Positions 8,207 to 18,748 are shown, numbered from the stretch's first letter. The stretch is 32,000 nucleotides of DNA from Vibrio alginolyticus NBRC 15630 = ATCC 17749 (GCF_000354175.2 NC_022359.1:240001-272000); one strand, 5' to 3'. A program made the numbers and translations. The notes: generated from the sequence alone by a model not told the origin.

Positions 8207-9364
8207 CTAGTTAAAGAACGATTTCACCCACAGCACCAGACTGTCCCAAAGCTGACCGAACCACGAGCCCTCTTCTACCGCTTGGCTGCTGACCAAGGGA
8301 TAACTCGCCACGGTACTGTCATCGCTTTTCCAAACGACCTTACCAATCTCATCCCCTTGCGCGATCGGCGCAATCAACGGTTCATTTAACACCACACTCT
8401 TATCAAGCCCAGCCGTCATTGAACGAGGTAGAGTGAGATAGGCATCTTTAGCGAAGATCGCTTCAACTTGATTAGCATTTCCCTTCCAAACGCGAACTTT
8501 AGACTCAACTTCCCCCTGTTTAGCAACTTGCTTGGTGTCATAAAAGCGAAAACCATAGCTGAGTAGATTCTTCGATTGGCTGATCCTAGCCTGTTTACTT
8601 GGCGTACCCATCACCACCGAGATAAGGCGCATTCTTCCTTCTTTGGCCGAGCTCACCAAGCTGTATCCGGCATTGCTGGTGTAGCCGGTTTTGCCCCCGT
8701 CGACATCAATGGAATTATCCCATAACAACTTATTGCGGTTGTACTGCGTAATGTCGTTCCATTTGAAGACTTTCTCGCTGTATAGCGCATACACATCAGG
8801 AACATCGCTGATGATCGACTGCATGAGTTTTGCCATATCGGTTGGTGAGGTTTGGATGCCATCACTATCAAGACCATGGGAGTTCACAAAATAGGTGTCT
8901 TGCAGTCCTAATTTCTCCGCCCAACCATTCATCAAGGCGACAAAGCCGCGTTCACTGCCTGCAACGTGCTCAGCCAGTGCAACGCACGCGTCATTTCCTG
9001 ATTGGATGATCACGCCGCGCATTAAGTTCGCAACACTAATTTCATCTTTCGGTTTGATGAACATTTTAGAAGAACCGGGAAACTTGGCCGACCACGCGTT
9101 TTCGCTCACGGTGACAACATCATCCCATTTCAAACGCCCCGCTTTGATTTCTTGTCCAACTACATAAGCGGTCATCAACTTGGTTAAACTCGCCGGAGCA
9201 AGGCCTGCTCGCCCATTATGCTCGGCAATAATGGCACCGGATTGAAAGTCCATTAATACGTAGCCTTTTGCCTGTAACTGAGGTGGGTTGGGCGTAACAA
9301 CGGCAAAAGTAGGTACGCTTATTAAACAAGTCACAATTGTCCATCGAGCCAGTGACACTTTCAT
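8207..9364 (-). CDS. D-alanyl-D-alanine carboxypeptidase (PBP5/6 family, DacA/DacC-like)
   Basis: Signal peptide followed by the three class-A LMW PBP motifs: 'SLTK' (SxxK), 'SGN' and 'KTGYT' (KTG). Collinear with E. coli DacA as I recall it ('LLWDNSIDVDGGKTGYT', 'RLISVVMG'). Confidence 0.9.
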   Translation of the reverse strand: MKVSLARWTIVTCLISVPTFAVVTPNPPQLQAKGYVLMDFQSGAIIAEHNGRAGLAPASLTKLMTAYVVGQEIKAGRLKWDDVVTVSENAWSAKFPGSSKMFIKPKDEISVANLMRGVIIQSGNDACVALAEHVAGSERGFVALMNGWAEKLGLQDTYFVNSHGLDSDGIQTSPTDMAKLMQSIISDVPDVYALYSEKVFKWNDITQYNRNKLLWDNSIDVDGGKTGYTSNAGYSLVSSAKEGRMRLISVVMGTPSKQARISQSKNLLSYGFRFYDTKQVAKQGEVESKVRVWKGNANQVEAIFAKDAYLTLPRSMTAGLDKSVVLNEPLIAPIAQGDEIGKVVWKSDDSTVASYPLVSSQAVEEGSWFGQLWDSLVLWVKSFFN

Positions 9365-9574
9365 CCGACTTCCTCCATGCTCTTACTTTGTCGCAACTCT
9401 ATTGAGCATAGCTCACTCAACCAGTTGCACCAGTCGCTAATCGTTTCATTTTCTTGAACTTACATTGATTTGACCAAGGTATAGAACTAAAGAGGCAATT
9501 GGGAAATAGCATTGGTTCTTCGCGCCATTCGCAGTAAAGTAGCGCTACCCCTCAATAAGGAAATAAAGATAACA

Positions 9575-10870
9575 ATGAACGCTCAATCATTTATCGACGC
9601 AGGATTGCATTACACTCCCCACAGTTTTACCGTTCCTCTGGATTACCAAGACGCGAGCAAAGGCACCATTGAAGTCTTCGCCCGTTCGGTTTGCCTAGTT
9701 GGCGATGAAGAATCGACCAAACCTTGGTTGGTTTACTTTCAGGGCGGGCCTGGCTTTCCCTCTCCACGTCAAAACGGCAATAACGGCTGGGTAAAACGCG
9801 CCCTGCAAGAGTACCGAGTTTTGCTTCTCGACCAGCGCGGTACGGGCAACAGCAGCGTAATTAATCACCAGACGCTTGCTCACCTCACGCCAGAGCAACA
9901 AGCAGACTACTTGAGCCACTTCCGAGCGGATAACATCGTGCGCGACGCGGAATACATTCGTGAGCAATTTGGCGTCGAAAAATGGGCGATCTTAGGTCAA
10001 AGCTTTGGTGGGTTTTGCTCCCTCACCTATTTGTCTTTGTTCCCAGATAGCTTGCTACAAAGCTACATCACAGGTGGCGTGCCATCAGTCTCACGTCATG
10101 CCGACGATGTGTATGAAGCCACTTTCAAACGCACCATGGAGAAAAACCAAGCGTTCTTCCAACAATTTCCAAGTGCGCAACAACTTTGCCAAAACATTGC
10201 GAATCACTTGCTGGAAAATGAAGAGTACCTACCAAATGGTCAACGCTTCACGGTGGAGCAATTTCAACAAATCGGCATCAACTTTGGTGTGAGTGATACT
10301 TTCTTACCAACTTACTATTGGCTAGAAAGCGCGTTGATTGAAGTGAACGGCAAACCACAACTTCGTTATGAGTTCTTAAACGATATGTTGGCGCAGCAAA
10401 ACTTCCAAACCAACCCGATCTACGCCATTTTGCATGAATCGATTTACTGTCAAAGCTTCGCGTCGAATTGGAGTGCGCACCGCGTTCGCCAAACCCGATC
10501 AGAGTTTAATTATGAATCTGGCAAGCCATTTTACTTTACGGGGGAAATGGTCTTCCCATGGATGTTCGACCAATACGTTAACCTCAAGCCACTAAAAGAC
10601 ACCGCAGAAATATTGGCAGCGAAAGAAGATTGGACAACGCTGTACGATCAAACACAACTGGCTCAGAACAAAGTGCCTGTCAGTTGCGCCGTTTACGCCG
10701 ATGATATGTTTGTTGAAATGGATATCAGCCGAGAGACGCTCGCGTTAATACCAAACTCAAAAGCGTGGATCACCAATGAGTACGAGCACAACGGCTTACG
10801 TGCCGACGGTGAACGTATTCTCGACAGGCTCATTGCCATGGGAAAACAGACCGCAGCTACGTTGAAATAA
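9575..10870 (+). CDS. Alpha/beta-hydrolase, S33 prolyl aminopeptidase-like
   Basis: 'WLVYFQGGPGFPS' oxyanion region and 'GQSFGG' nucleophile elbow. The ATG at 9575 (AAGGA about 12 nt upstream) is preferred over the TTG at 9512. Confidence 0.75.
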   Translation: MNAQSFIDAGLHYTPHSFTVPLDYQDASKGTIEVFARSVCLVGDEESTKPWLVYFQGGPGFPSPRQNGNNGWVKRALQEYRVLLLDQRGTGNSSVINHQTLAHLTPEQQADYLSHFRADNIVRDAEYIREQFGVEKWAILGQSFGGFCSLTYLSLFPDSLLQSYITGGVPSVSRHADDVYEATFKRTMEKNQAFFQQFPSAQQLCQNIANHLLENEEYLPNGQRFTVEQFQQIGINFGVSDTFLPTYYWLESALIEVNGKPQLRYEFLNDMLAQQNFQTNPIYAILHESIYCQSFASNWSAHRVRQTRSEFNYESGKPFYFTGEMVFPWMFDQYVNLKPLKDTAEILAAKEDWTTLYDQTQLAQNKVPVSCAVYADDMFVEMDISRETLALIPNSKAWITNEYEHNGLRADGERILDRLIAMGKQTAATLK

Positions 10871-10887
10871 GCACGGCAGACGTTAGA

Positions 10888-10925
10888 AAAACGCCTTTTC
10901 AGTATGTGGTGAAAAGGCGTTTTAT
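10888..10925 (+). terminator. Rho-independent terminator
   Basis: Perfect 13-bp stem aaaacgccttttc / gaaaaggcgtttt ending in a T-run, 18 nt after the stop codon. Confidence 0.8.
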
Positions 10926-11334
10926 AGCGGTTTATGAACAATGGCGATCAGTCATTCACTCTTTGTCCCTAAACCTTTATCCCTCACCACCTCATGTATA
11001 AAACTGCGACATGTCCTTTCCTTGTCAATGACTCCGGTGATTACTTGGTGCTTCTTGCGCCTAACTTTTTTGAAGGGCCTAAAAGAGAATAACAGCATAA
11101 ATTTAAACCAAAAGTATCGGCTCCAACCTACCTAACCCACTATAATTAATGCTTATAATTTGAACACATAGCGGCTTCACCTGCGGACATGCTCCCCCTA
11201 CCAAAGACCGCCAGGCCCCGCCTACTCATAATATCCGTATAATTTGTCCGTATTTCCGACTAGTTTAGTCAGGTATACTTCGTGCCGCTAAAATTTTAAG
11301 GTCGTTGACCACCTGTATTTTTAAAGGAAACCTC

Positions 11335-12315
11335 ATGAGTCAGTATGTAGTTTGTGCGCTGTACAAGTTTGTTGAGCTGAATAACTATCAAGAGCTACGC
11401 GAGCCATTACTTGCGTTGATGGAAAAACACCATATTCGCGGAACATTACTACTGGCAAGTGAAGGTATCAACGGTACTGTTGCATCTGATCGTGCAGGTA
11501 TTGATACGCTACTGGAGTGGCTAAACAACGAACCTCGTTTGACTGGCACCGTATACAAAGAGTCGTATTCTGAGACCCAGCCATTCAATCGCACCAAAGT
11601 GAAATTGAAAAAAGAGATCGTAACATTAGGTGTTGAAGGTATAGACCCTCGCCACGTAGTGGGTACTTACGTGAAACCTCAAGAGTGGAACGATCTTATT
11701 GCTGATCCTGAAGTGTTTGTTGTCGATACACGTAATGATTACGAAATCGAGATCGGGACATTCAAAGGCGCTGTAAACCCAAATACTGAAACCTTTCGTG
11801 AATTCCCAGACTATGTAAAAGAAAACATGGACCCGGCAAAACACAAGAAAGTTGCGATGTTCTGTACCGGTGGTATCCGCTGCGAAAAATCAACGGCTTA
11901 CATGAAAGAACAGGGCTTTGATGAGGTCTACCACCTAGAAGGCGGCATTCTTAAATATCTTGAAGAAGTTCCTCAAGAAGAGAGCATGTGGGAAGGCGAT
12001 TGTTACGTATTTGACGGTCGTGTTGCCGTGAACCACCAGCTAGAAAAAGCAGATTACGATTTATGTAACGCTTGTCGTCTACCGATCACTGAAGAAGACA
12101 AACAGTCAGAATTGTTCGAGCAAGGCGTGAGCTGTCCAAAATGTCACGGCAAACACTCAGAAGAACAAATTGCTCGATTCCGCGAGCGTGAAAAACAAAT
12201 TGTTCTTGCAGAGCAGCGAGGCGAGCAGCATGTTGGTGGTGAAAGTGCCAAGCAAAGAGAAGCTCGACGTGCCGCTAAGTACGCGCAAAAAGAAGCGCAG
12301 CGTAAACAAGACTAA
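11335..12315 (+). CDS. trhO: Rhodanese-domain protein TrhO/YceA (UPF0176; tRNA U34 hydroxylase family)
   Basis: 'ALYKFVEL...', '[11 protein letters not shown]', rhodanese active-site loop '[10 protein letters not shown]', and a C-terminal Cys cluster 'CNAC...CPKC'. ATG at 11335 with AAAGGAAA upstream. Confidence 0.8.
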   Translation: MSQYVVCALYKFVELNNYQELREPLLALMEKHHIRGTLLLASEGINGTVASDRAGIDTLLEWLNNEPRLTGTVYKESYSETQPFNRTKVKLKKEIVTLGVEGIDPRHVVGTYVKPQEWNDLIADPEVFVVDTRNDYEIEIGTFKGAVNPNTETFREFPDYVKENMDPAKHKKVAMFCTGGIRCEKSTAYMKEQGFDEVYHLEGGILKYLEEVPQEESMWEGDCYVFDGRVAVNHQLEKADYDLCNACRLPITEEDKQSELFEQGVSCPKCHGKHSEEQIARFREREKQIVLAEQRGEQHVGGESAKQREARRAAKYAQKEAQRKQD

Positions 12316-12335
12316 GCCTAACTCTCCTTATATTT

Positions 12336-12365
12336 AGCGAGCTGCCGTAAGGTGGCTCGCTTTTA
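12336..12365 (+). terminator. Rho-independent terminator
   Basis: agcgagc-(12 nt)-gctcgct followed by ttt. Confidence 0.6.
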
Positions 12366-12383
12366 CTGCGCACCAATACTCTT

Positions 12384-12689
12384 TCAATACAATTTTGTAT
12401 CCCTCACCAATACCTCTAGTTGATTGTCTCTTTTACCTTCGGGTAGCCCCACCATTTCATCATAAGCACTTTGATGCACTAAGACCTGCTTATTTGCTTT
12501 GATATTCCTGCACTTCTTTTGCATCTCGATCAGGGAATGAGCCCTCAAAAAGATACCGTTGTCATCAGTGATAAATTGCGCTTCTCCATCAATCACAACA
12601 GATGCCTGATACAATGCGAGATCAAGCGAATGAATGACCAATTTGTCCACATAGAAGTATTTTTGTAACTTACTCAATGCTATTGCCAT
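12384..12689 (-). CDS. Hypothetical small protein (101 aa), family not recognised
   Basis: Clean ORF with an ATG start and a GGAGG-type RBS (rc of 'cctcc' at about 12697-12701). It is divergent from the photolyase-family gene. No signal peptide or TM segment. Confidence 0.55.
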   Translation of the reverse strand: MAIALSKLQKYFYVDKLVIHSLDLALYQASVVIDGEAQFITDDNGIFLRAHSLIEMQKKCRNIKANKQVLVHQSAYDEMVGLPEGKRDNQLEVLVRDTKLY

Positions 12690-12797
12690 GTGTCACCTCC
12701 CTAAAAGTTACCTCTACGTTTTGTGGAATAAAACCGATCATTGGATGAGATTTCTTCGGTTTACTTGCGTACAACATCGGAAACAAAGAGGATTCCG

Positions 12798-14279
12798 ATG
12801 CAAACAATCAATGTCGTGTGGTTAAAGCGAGATTTAAGGCTGACTGACCATCAACCACTAACTCAAGCATTATCAACAAAGCACCCAACTGTGCTTTTGT
12901 ATATTGTTGAACCATTGCTATTGAACAACCCACACTATTCTGAGCGCCACTGGCGATTTGTTTGGCAATCACTGCAAGACATGGATGAAACGCTCAAAGC
13001 GTATGGGCATCGAATCACGGTGCTGTTTGACGATGCCTTAGCATGTTTCCAATCAATTCAAGCGCAATATCAAATCAACGCTGTTTTTTCTCACCAAGAA
13101 ATAGGACTCAACTGCACCTTTGAACGAGACCGACAAGTTGCCGCTTGGCTGTATGAGCAGAACATCGACTGGTTTGAATTCGAACACGGTGCTGTAATCA
13201 GAGGTGCAATAAACCGGCAAGGTTGGGACAAACATTGGGACTCTGTCATGAGAGCCTCAATAAGCCCTATTGAGCTCCAAACCGACTTATTGCATTCATT
13301 GGATGCAGAAGCTCTCGGCTGTTCGTTTTCGCCACCATCATCCTGGCTATCAAAATGCAAAGGAATGCAAACGGGAGGAAGCCGGCTCGCTTGGAAAACA
13401 CTAGAGGACTTTTTCCATCGTCGAGGTCGTGATTACTATCGAAGCATTTCTAGTCCCACAGCCTCACGCACAGCCTGTACTCGACTTTCTCCATATCTCG
13501 CTTGGGGTAACATATCCTTGCGTGAAGTTTATCAATACCTTTTGAAACACTGGCAAGTCGCTGGGTTTCGTCGCAGCTTAATTGCATTGTCTTCACGGCT
13601 TCATTGGCACTGTCACTTCATCCAAAAATTCGAATCGGAATACGACATGGAGTTTTACTGCGTTAATCGGGCTTACGAACCATTGATTAAACAAAGTAGT
13701 ACTTTCGATGAAGAAAAGTTAGCAGCATGGAAATCCGGGCATACTGGCGTACCTTTGATTGATGCCTGCATGCGCTGTTTGCACCACACTGGTTACATTA
13801 ACTTTCGCATGCGTGCCATGCTGGTTAGCTTTCTTACTCACCACATGAACATGAATTGGCGAGTAGGTGTAACGCATTTAGCGCAACTGTTTCTCGACTT
13901 TGAGCCCGGAATTCATTACCCACAATTCCAAATGCAAGCAGGAGTAACCGGGACTAACACAATCCGTATTTATAATCCGATCAAGCAAGCCCAAGAACAT
14001 GATCCTGACGGCACGTTCATCTACAAGTGGGTACCTGAATTGCAAATGGTTCCTCCCCCTCTTTTATTCGAGCCTTGGACAATGACCCAGATGGAAGCTG
14101 TCATGTATCAGTTGCAGCCAGATAGCCGTTACCTTGCACCTATTATCACACCAGACAACGCAGCTAAGGCAGCAAGAGAGCGCTTATGGACGTGGCGGAA
14201 ACGAGCCGATGTGAAACAAGAAGGCAGACGAATTCTTGCGCGACATGTTAGACCCTCAAAAGAAAGTAGGACGCGATGA
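12798..14279 (+). CDS. Cryptochrome/photolyase-family (CPF) FAD-binding flavoprotein
   Basis: N-terminal '[16 protein letters not shown]' (photolyase alpha/beta domain). FAD-binding region '[17 protein letters not shown]', '[30 protein letters not shown]', '[16 protein letters not shown]'. ATG at 12798 with AAGAGGA upstream. The subfamily (CPD, DASH or other) cannot be decided by eye. Confidence 0.85.
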   Translation: MQTINVVWLKRDLRLTDHQPLTQALSTKHPTVLLYIVEPLLLNNPHYSERHWRFVWQSLQDMDETLKAYGHRITVLFDDALACFQSIQAQYQINAVFSHQEIGLNCTFERDRQVAAWLYEQNIDWFEFEHGAVIRGAINRQGWDKHWDSVMRASISPIELQTDLLHSLDAEALGCSFSPPSSWLSKCKGMQTGGSRLAWKTLEDFFHRRGRDYYRSISSPTASRTACTRLSPYLAWGNISLREVYQYLLKHWQVAGFRRSLIALSSRLHWHCHFIQKFESEYDMEFYCVNRAYEPLIKQSSTFDEEKLAAWKSGHTGVPLIDACMRCLHHTGYINFRMRAMLVSFLTHHMNMNWRVGVTHLAQLFLDFEPGIHYPQFQMQAGVTGTNTIRIYNPIKQAQEHDPDGTFIYKWVPELQMVPPPLLFEPWTMTQMEAVMYQLQPDSRYLAPIITPDNAAKAARERLWTWRKRADVKQEGRRILARHVRPSKESRTR

Positions 14280-14359
14280 TCATCTCTCAATCACAATGCG
14301 TACAAATGCAAACACACTCCAGGGAACCAGTTGTACCCTCAACTAGTAAGGAACACATT

Positions 14360-14860
14360 ATGTTCAAACGTATCTTAGTTATCGCGGCGACACTGATGGC
14401 GACGTTATCTTTTATGCTTCCCGTCAAGGCTCATGAGCATGGCATGATGAAAGCCGATATTGTCGACGTTGCCGCTGAAAACGGCTCTTTCAATACGCTT
14501 GTTGCTGCGGTAAAAGCAGCGGGCTTGGTTGACACTCTCAAAGGGGAAGGCCCATTTACTGTTTTTGCACCAACGGATGACGCTTTTGCAAAACTGCCAG
14601 ACGGCACAGTCGACATGCTCTTAATGCCGGAAAACAAAGACAAGTTAGTATCTGTTTTGACTTATCACGTCGTCCCAGGGAAAGTGATGGCTGCCGATGT
14701 TGTTAAGCTAGACAAAGCGACTACGGTTCAGGGGCAAGATGTGATGATTAAAACCATGGGCGATAAAGTCATGGTTAACGATGCAAATGTCATTGCAACC
14801 GATGTGAAAGCTAAAAACGGTGTCATTCACGTGATTGATACTGTCATCATGCCGAAATAA
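14360..14860 (+). CDS. Secreted fasciclin (FAS1) domain protein
   Basis: Signal peptide '[24 protein letters not shown]', then FAS1 motifs '[15 protein letters not shown]', 'LTYHVVPG' and '[13 protein letters not shown]'. ATG at 14360 with TAAGGA upstream. Confidence 0.85.
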   Translation: MFKRILVIAATLMATLSFMLPVKAHEHGMMKADIVDVAAENGSFNTLVAAVKAAGLVDTLKGEGPFTVFAPTDDAFAKLPDGTVDMLLMPENKDKLVSVLTYHVVPGKVMAADVVKLDKATTVQGQDVMIKTMGDKVMVNDANVIATDVKAKNGVIHVIDTVIMPK

Positions 14861-14869
14861 CACCATTCA

Positions 14870-14895
14870 AAGGGCGGTACACTCCGCCCTTTAGA
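14870..14895 (+). terminator. Rho-independent terminator
   Basis: aagggcgg-tacact-ccgccctt followed by t. Confidence 0.6.
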
Positions 14896-15132
14896 CAGAA
14901 CTTCTTCCACCCTTAGCACGATTCCTCTCCACTTATCCCCAACAAACCCCCACTCATTCACGATGACTATAAAAAAGATAAAAACAAAATTAAAATCAAT
15001 ACCTTGCAAGACAACACTGCACAATATTGACGAGGTTAAGATATCGTTATCTTTCAATTTGAGAACAGGATTCCATGTCAGTGACGTTTACTTTTCCACA
15101 TGTAAATTCTTAAGCTAAATTTTGGCTGCTCA

Positions 15133-15238
15133 ATCACATTTCGGCAAACCATTCGAAAGGGTGGGACGCAAAGCTTCCGGTCTGTCAGCATTTAAAAATC
15201 TAAAAGAATGCTCATGATAGCGGGGTTACCATGACGCA
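15133..15238 (+). promoter_or_regulatory. c-di-GMP-I (GEMM-I) riboswitch aptamer in the gbpA leader
   Basis: 'ggcaaaccattcgaaagggtgggacgcaaagcttccggtct...(AT-rich P2 hairpin gcattt/gaatgc)...agcggggttacc' is nearly identical to the conserved core of the V. cholerae Vc2 aptamer as I remember it (GGCAAACCAUUCGAAAGAGUGGGACGCAAAGCCUCCGGCCU...AGCGGGGUUACC). This includes the GAAA tetraloop. It lies about 95 nt upstream of the gbpA start. Confidence 0.85.
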
Positions 15239-15331
15239 GTGTTACAGAAGTCCAATTTCTGTAGAGTTGCTTTATGCTCAGCATGCGCCGGAGTGTGACA
15301 TTAGTTTGTCAGCCATAACAGAGGACATGTG

Positions 15332-16795
15332 ATGAAATCATTTCCAACCAAATCCGTACTCGCGTTAGCACTTGCAAGCATTAGCTCAGGTGCTGCGGCT
15401 CACGGTTATGTATCAGAAACCAATGGTGGTGTCGCTGCAAGTCGCTCGGCACTATGTAAGTATCCAACGCCAGATACTAACGAAAAAAATAATAACTGCG
15501 GTGCGATTCAATATGAACCGCAAAGCGTTGAAGGCCCTGATGGCTTTCCCGAAACAGGGCCTCGCGATGGTAAAATAGCGAGTGCCGAAACCGCTTTAGC
15601 AGCTGCCCTTGATGAGCAAACTGCCGACCGCTGGGTAAAACGCCCTATTCAAGCAGGTACACAAACTTTTGAATGGACATTTACCGCTAACCACGTGACG
15701 CGCGACTGGAAATATTACATCACCAAGCCTGATTGGAACCCAAACGCTTCACTATCACGAGACTCTTTTGATCTAACTCCTTTCTGTGTCATCGACGGCA
15801 ATATGGTTCAACCCCCGAAACAGGTAAGCCATCAATGTAATGTGCCTACTCGCGAGGGATACCATGTCATCCTGGCAGTATGGGATGTTGGCGACACTGC
15901 AGCCTCATTTTATAACGTGATCGATGTGAAATTTGATGGTGACAGTCCCGTTATTCCAGATTGGAAGCAAGGCGGTCAAATTATTCCTACAATGGATTTA
16001 AATATTGGGGATTCGGTTTATACACGCGTATTTGATCAAGCAGGTGAAAACTTGGCGTATAGAACTGAACTAGAAATTACCGATGCAGCAATGGGCCAAG
16101 CGAAAAACTGGTCTTACGCACTCGCGACTAAGCTAAACCAAAAACAAGCAAAACTGCAAGCCGGGCAGTATGCAGAGGATAAATTCACTCCTGTTTATGG
16201 TACTAATCCGGTGTATCTGCAAGCAAATAGCGGCCTTGAGCGAGTAGAGATCGGCTATAACATTGAAACTCCTGTCCCAGAATACTCACTCACAGTAGAT
16301 GGCTTAGCAGACGAGTATATCATTGAGTCAACACCGACAACGTTGGATCTGACACTAACTGCTGAAGGCGATTTAAATGCAGAACTCACCGTTTACAATC
16401 ACCATCGCGAACCACTTGCAAGTTGGGCAAACGAAATGAAAGACGGCTCGGTAGAGGCGATATCGCTCGCTTTAAGTAAATCGGAGCCGGGTCACCATAT
16501 GCTCGTAACACGTATTAAGGATAAAGATGGCAACTTGGTGGATCAGCAAACACTCGACTTTCACTTAAAAGAAGAGTCAGTTACTCCACCACCATCTGAT
16601 GAGTACGATTTTGTCTTCCCTGAAGGACTATCTAGCTACACGGCGGGCACAAAAGTGCTTGCCAGCGACGGGGGCATTTATCAATGTAAACCTTTCCCAT
16701 ACTCTGGTTACTGTATGCAGTGGAAAGAAAGCGCAAACCATTACGAGCCTGGAATAGGTTCACACTGGGAGATGGCTTGGGATAAAGTCAACTAA
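15332..16795 (+). CDS. gbpA: N-acetylglucosamine-binding protein A (AA10 lytic polysaccharide monooxygenase plus chitin-binding domain)
   Basis: Signal peptide ending 'AAA|HGYV' (N-terminal His of the LPMO). Long stretches match V. cholerae GbpA as recalled ('[31 protein letters not shown]', '[16 protein letters not shown]', '[13 protein letters not shown]', '[24 protein letters not shown]'). The C-terminal region is '[15 protein letters not shown]' (chitin-binding module). ATG at 15332 with AGAGGA upstream. Confidence 0.93.
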   Translation: MKSFPTKSVLALALASISSGAAAHGYVSETNGGVAASRSALCKYPTPDTNEKNNNCGAIQYEPQSVEGPDGFPETGPRDGKIASAETALAAALDEQTADRWVKRPIQAGTQTFEWTFTANHVTRDWKYYITKPDWNPNASLSRDSFDLTPFCVIDGNMVQPPKQVSHQCNVPTREGYHVILAVWDVGDTAASFYNVIDVKFDGDSPVIPDWKQGGQIIPTMDLNIGDSVYTRVFDQAGENLAYRTELEITDAAMGQAKNWSYALATKLNQKQAKLQAGQYAEDKFTPVYGTNPVYLQANSGLERVEIGYNIETPVPEYSLTVDGLADEYIIESTPTTLDLTLTAEGDLNAELTVYNHHREPLASWANEMKDGSVEAISLALSKSEPGHHMLVTRIKDKDGNLVDQQTLDFHLKEESVTPPPSDEYDFVFPEGLSSYTAGTKVLASDGGIYQCKPFPYSGYCMQWKESANHYEPGIGSHWEMAWDKVN

Positions 16796-16817
16796 ATCAC
16801 CCTTCGAACGTTAAGTA

Positions 16818-16847
16818 AAAAGAGCCTCACTATGAGGCTCTTTTATA
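16818..16847. terminator. Bidirectional rho-independent terminator (gbpA / patatin gene)
   Basis: aaaaagagcctca-cta-tgaggctcttttat. There are A/T runs on both sides, between convergent genes. Confidence 0.8.
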
Positions 16848-16848
16848 A

Positions 16849-17721
16849 TCAAACGCAAAAATGACAATTTTCCCGGTCTAAACCATAAACACCAGATAAA
16901 CTAGTGAGATGCGCTCGCCCCTCAATCAGCCCCATTTCATACCCTTCTAGTAAAACGGATTGTCGCATTGATAAGCGCTGAACATGAAAATTATCTGGTG
17001 GGGCAATCACCCTAACATGTGTTCCTGGTGGAGGGTTACGAATAAACTCTAATGATTGATTATAGTTATCTGCACGTCTTAACATCGCATCCGCCATTTT
17101 GGGGTGCTCCGCAAACAGTTTCTTCATCAGCCATGTGGTCTTAACTGGTTTTTTGGCATAATTCAGCGGGTGAGAGAGTACTACGGTTATGTCGCGAGCC
17201 CCTCGACGATAAGCCTCACGCACTGGGATAGAATCAGCGACCCCACCATCGGTATAACAACCACCAGAAAAACAAGGGGTATGCTTGTAGGCAATCGGTA
17301 ACGCTGTTGTCGCTTCAATCGCATGGTGAAAATTATCACGTGTCACGCGATAGTAATCTGCTTGCCCTGTATCTACATTTGTTGTCGCTGCGAGAAAAGG
17401 AACGCCATTAAACAGTTTATTTTCATCGACGGGATACAAGCGATTAGATTCTTCAAACAACCACTTCACATCGATGAGGTCTCCACCTTTAACGAAGCGA
17501 GTCGGGTCAAAAAAGCGTTTGCTTGTGGCCAGCTTAGTAATGACGTTAATACTGCGATGCGGGTAGTCGGTCAAATACCCAATCAAATTTGATGCACCAG
17601 CAGATACACCGACTGCAAAATCAAACGGTTTATAACTCTGCTCTAAAAACGCATCTAACACTCCGCTTGCGAAGACGCCTCGCATCGCGCCACCTTCTAC
17701 TACAATTGCTTTTGTTGCCAT
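16849..17721 (-). CDS. Patatin-like phospholipase
   Basis: 'VEGGAMRG' (Gly-rich oxyanion motif), 'GVSAGA' (GxSxG nucleophile) and 'DGGV' (catalytic Asp). ATG at 17721 (MATKAIVV...) with AAGGAG upstream. The ORF-track start at 17766 is less likely. Confidence 0.8.
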   Translation of the reverse strand: MATKAIVVEGGAMRGVFASGVLDAFLEQSYKPFDFAVGVSAGASNLIGYLTDYPHRSINVITKLATSKRFFDPTRFVKGGDLIDVKWLFEESNRLYPVDENKLFNGVPFLAATTNVDTGQADYYRVTRDNFHHAIEATTALPIAYKHTPCFSGGCYTDGGVADSIPVREAYRRGARDITVVLSHPLNYAKKPVKTTWLMKKLFAEHPKMADAMLRRADNYNQSLEFIRNPPPGTHVRVIAPPDNFHVQRLSMRQSVLLEGYEMGLIEGRAHLTSLSGVYGLDRENCHFCV

Positions 17722-17911
17722 ATTTCCCCCATTCTCCTTGCCAAAAGAGTAATGAAATTCGTGCAATCACAACAATTGAATATTCTTATTATTGAAATAG
17801 GTGAAGTCTATTTATTTCTCTCTTAGAAAATGAAAACTAAAGTTCAAAAAATCCGTACCCGTTAGAAATGTAATTGCGGGCTTAACCAAGGTGGCAAGGT
17901 CTAAGAGAAAT

Positions 17912-18553
17912 CTAGGAGAAAACCGTTTTATAGGCTTCGCCCGCGCCATCAATGAACATTTGAGTACCAATAACCGCTAGAATTAAGCCCATCATTTTAG
18001 TCACAACATTTAGAGCACTTGGTCCAACCGCTTTGACCAATTTGTCTCCAAATAAAAACAGTACATAGGTGATCACACAGAGGACAGCGAAAGAAACGAT
18101 AGTAATAATGGTTTGATCGAAACCACCCGCTGTCGCAAAGTTCATCGCGGTAGCAATCGTTCCAGGCCCAGCTAATATTGGCATCGCCAGTGGAGACACT
18201 GCAATACTCAATGCCGCCCGTTGCTGAGCTGGTGAATACGCCTTCTCTTTGGTTTTCTGATGCGTCGAATCACCTTGAAGCATGTTAAAACCTATCAAAA
18301 ACACCAAAATACCGCCTGTTATTCGCAATGCATAAAGCGTGATGCCAAACAAATCAAAAATTAACTTACCGGCAATAGAAAATATCGCGATGATAATAAA
18401 TGCAATAAAAACCGAGCGGAGCGCAATGGAACGGATGGTTTCTTTATCTTCATCAGCAGTTAAACTCAAAAAGATGGGAATATTGGCGATAGGGTTCATG
18501 ATGGCAAAGAAGCCCATAAACACCGTAACTGTATGAACAATGAGTTCTTTCAT
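17912..18553 (-). CDS. MarC/YhgN-family (UPF0056) integral membrane protein
   Basis: Six predicted TM segments and an N-terminal 'FAIMNPIANIPIFLSLT' motif typical of the MarC family. ATG at 18553 is preferred. The GTG at 18562 is the alternative. Confidence 0.8.
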   Translation of the reverse strand: MKELIVHTVTVFMGFFAIMNPIANIPIFLSLTADEDKETIRSIALRSVFIAFIIIAIFSIAGKLIFDLFGITLYALRITGGILVFLIGFNMLQGDSTHQKTKEKAYSPAQQRAALSIAVSPLAMPILAGPGTIATAMNFATAGGFDQTIITIVSFAVLCVITYVLFLFGDKLVKAVGPSALNVVTKMMGLILAVIGTQMFIDGAGEAYKTVFS

Positions 18554-18748
18554 ATTTTCCACTGCATTTAAATTATTGATTCTAAAAACAGTATATACGC
18601 TCTCAAACAGAACGAGTGGTGTATTCTCGATTCGTCTTCACACTTATGCACCAAGCATTGTTTTTCTTTTGAGATAGTTTACCGACTCATCAAATGTCGC
18701 TAAGGTGAGTCTTCAGCCTTTACACGTAACAGGGGATGTTAAGTCACC

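Noticed and set aside
10941-11135. 64-aa ORF in the pip-trhO intergenic region
   Set aside because: Leu/Ser-rich composition, no RBS and no family resemblance. It is treated as non-coding leader or promoter DNA.
16849-17721. Patatin-like phospholipase considered as a CBASS CapV-type defence effector
   Set aside because: No CD-NTase/cyclase, E1/E2/JAB or other signalling genes are adjacent. It sits between gbpA and a MarC-family gene, delimited by terminators, which is consistent with a stand-alone housekeeping lipase.
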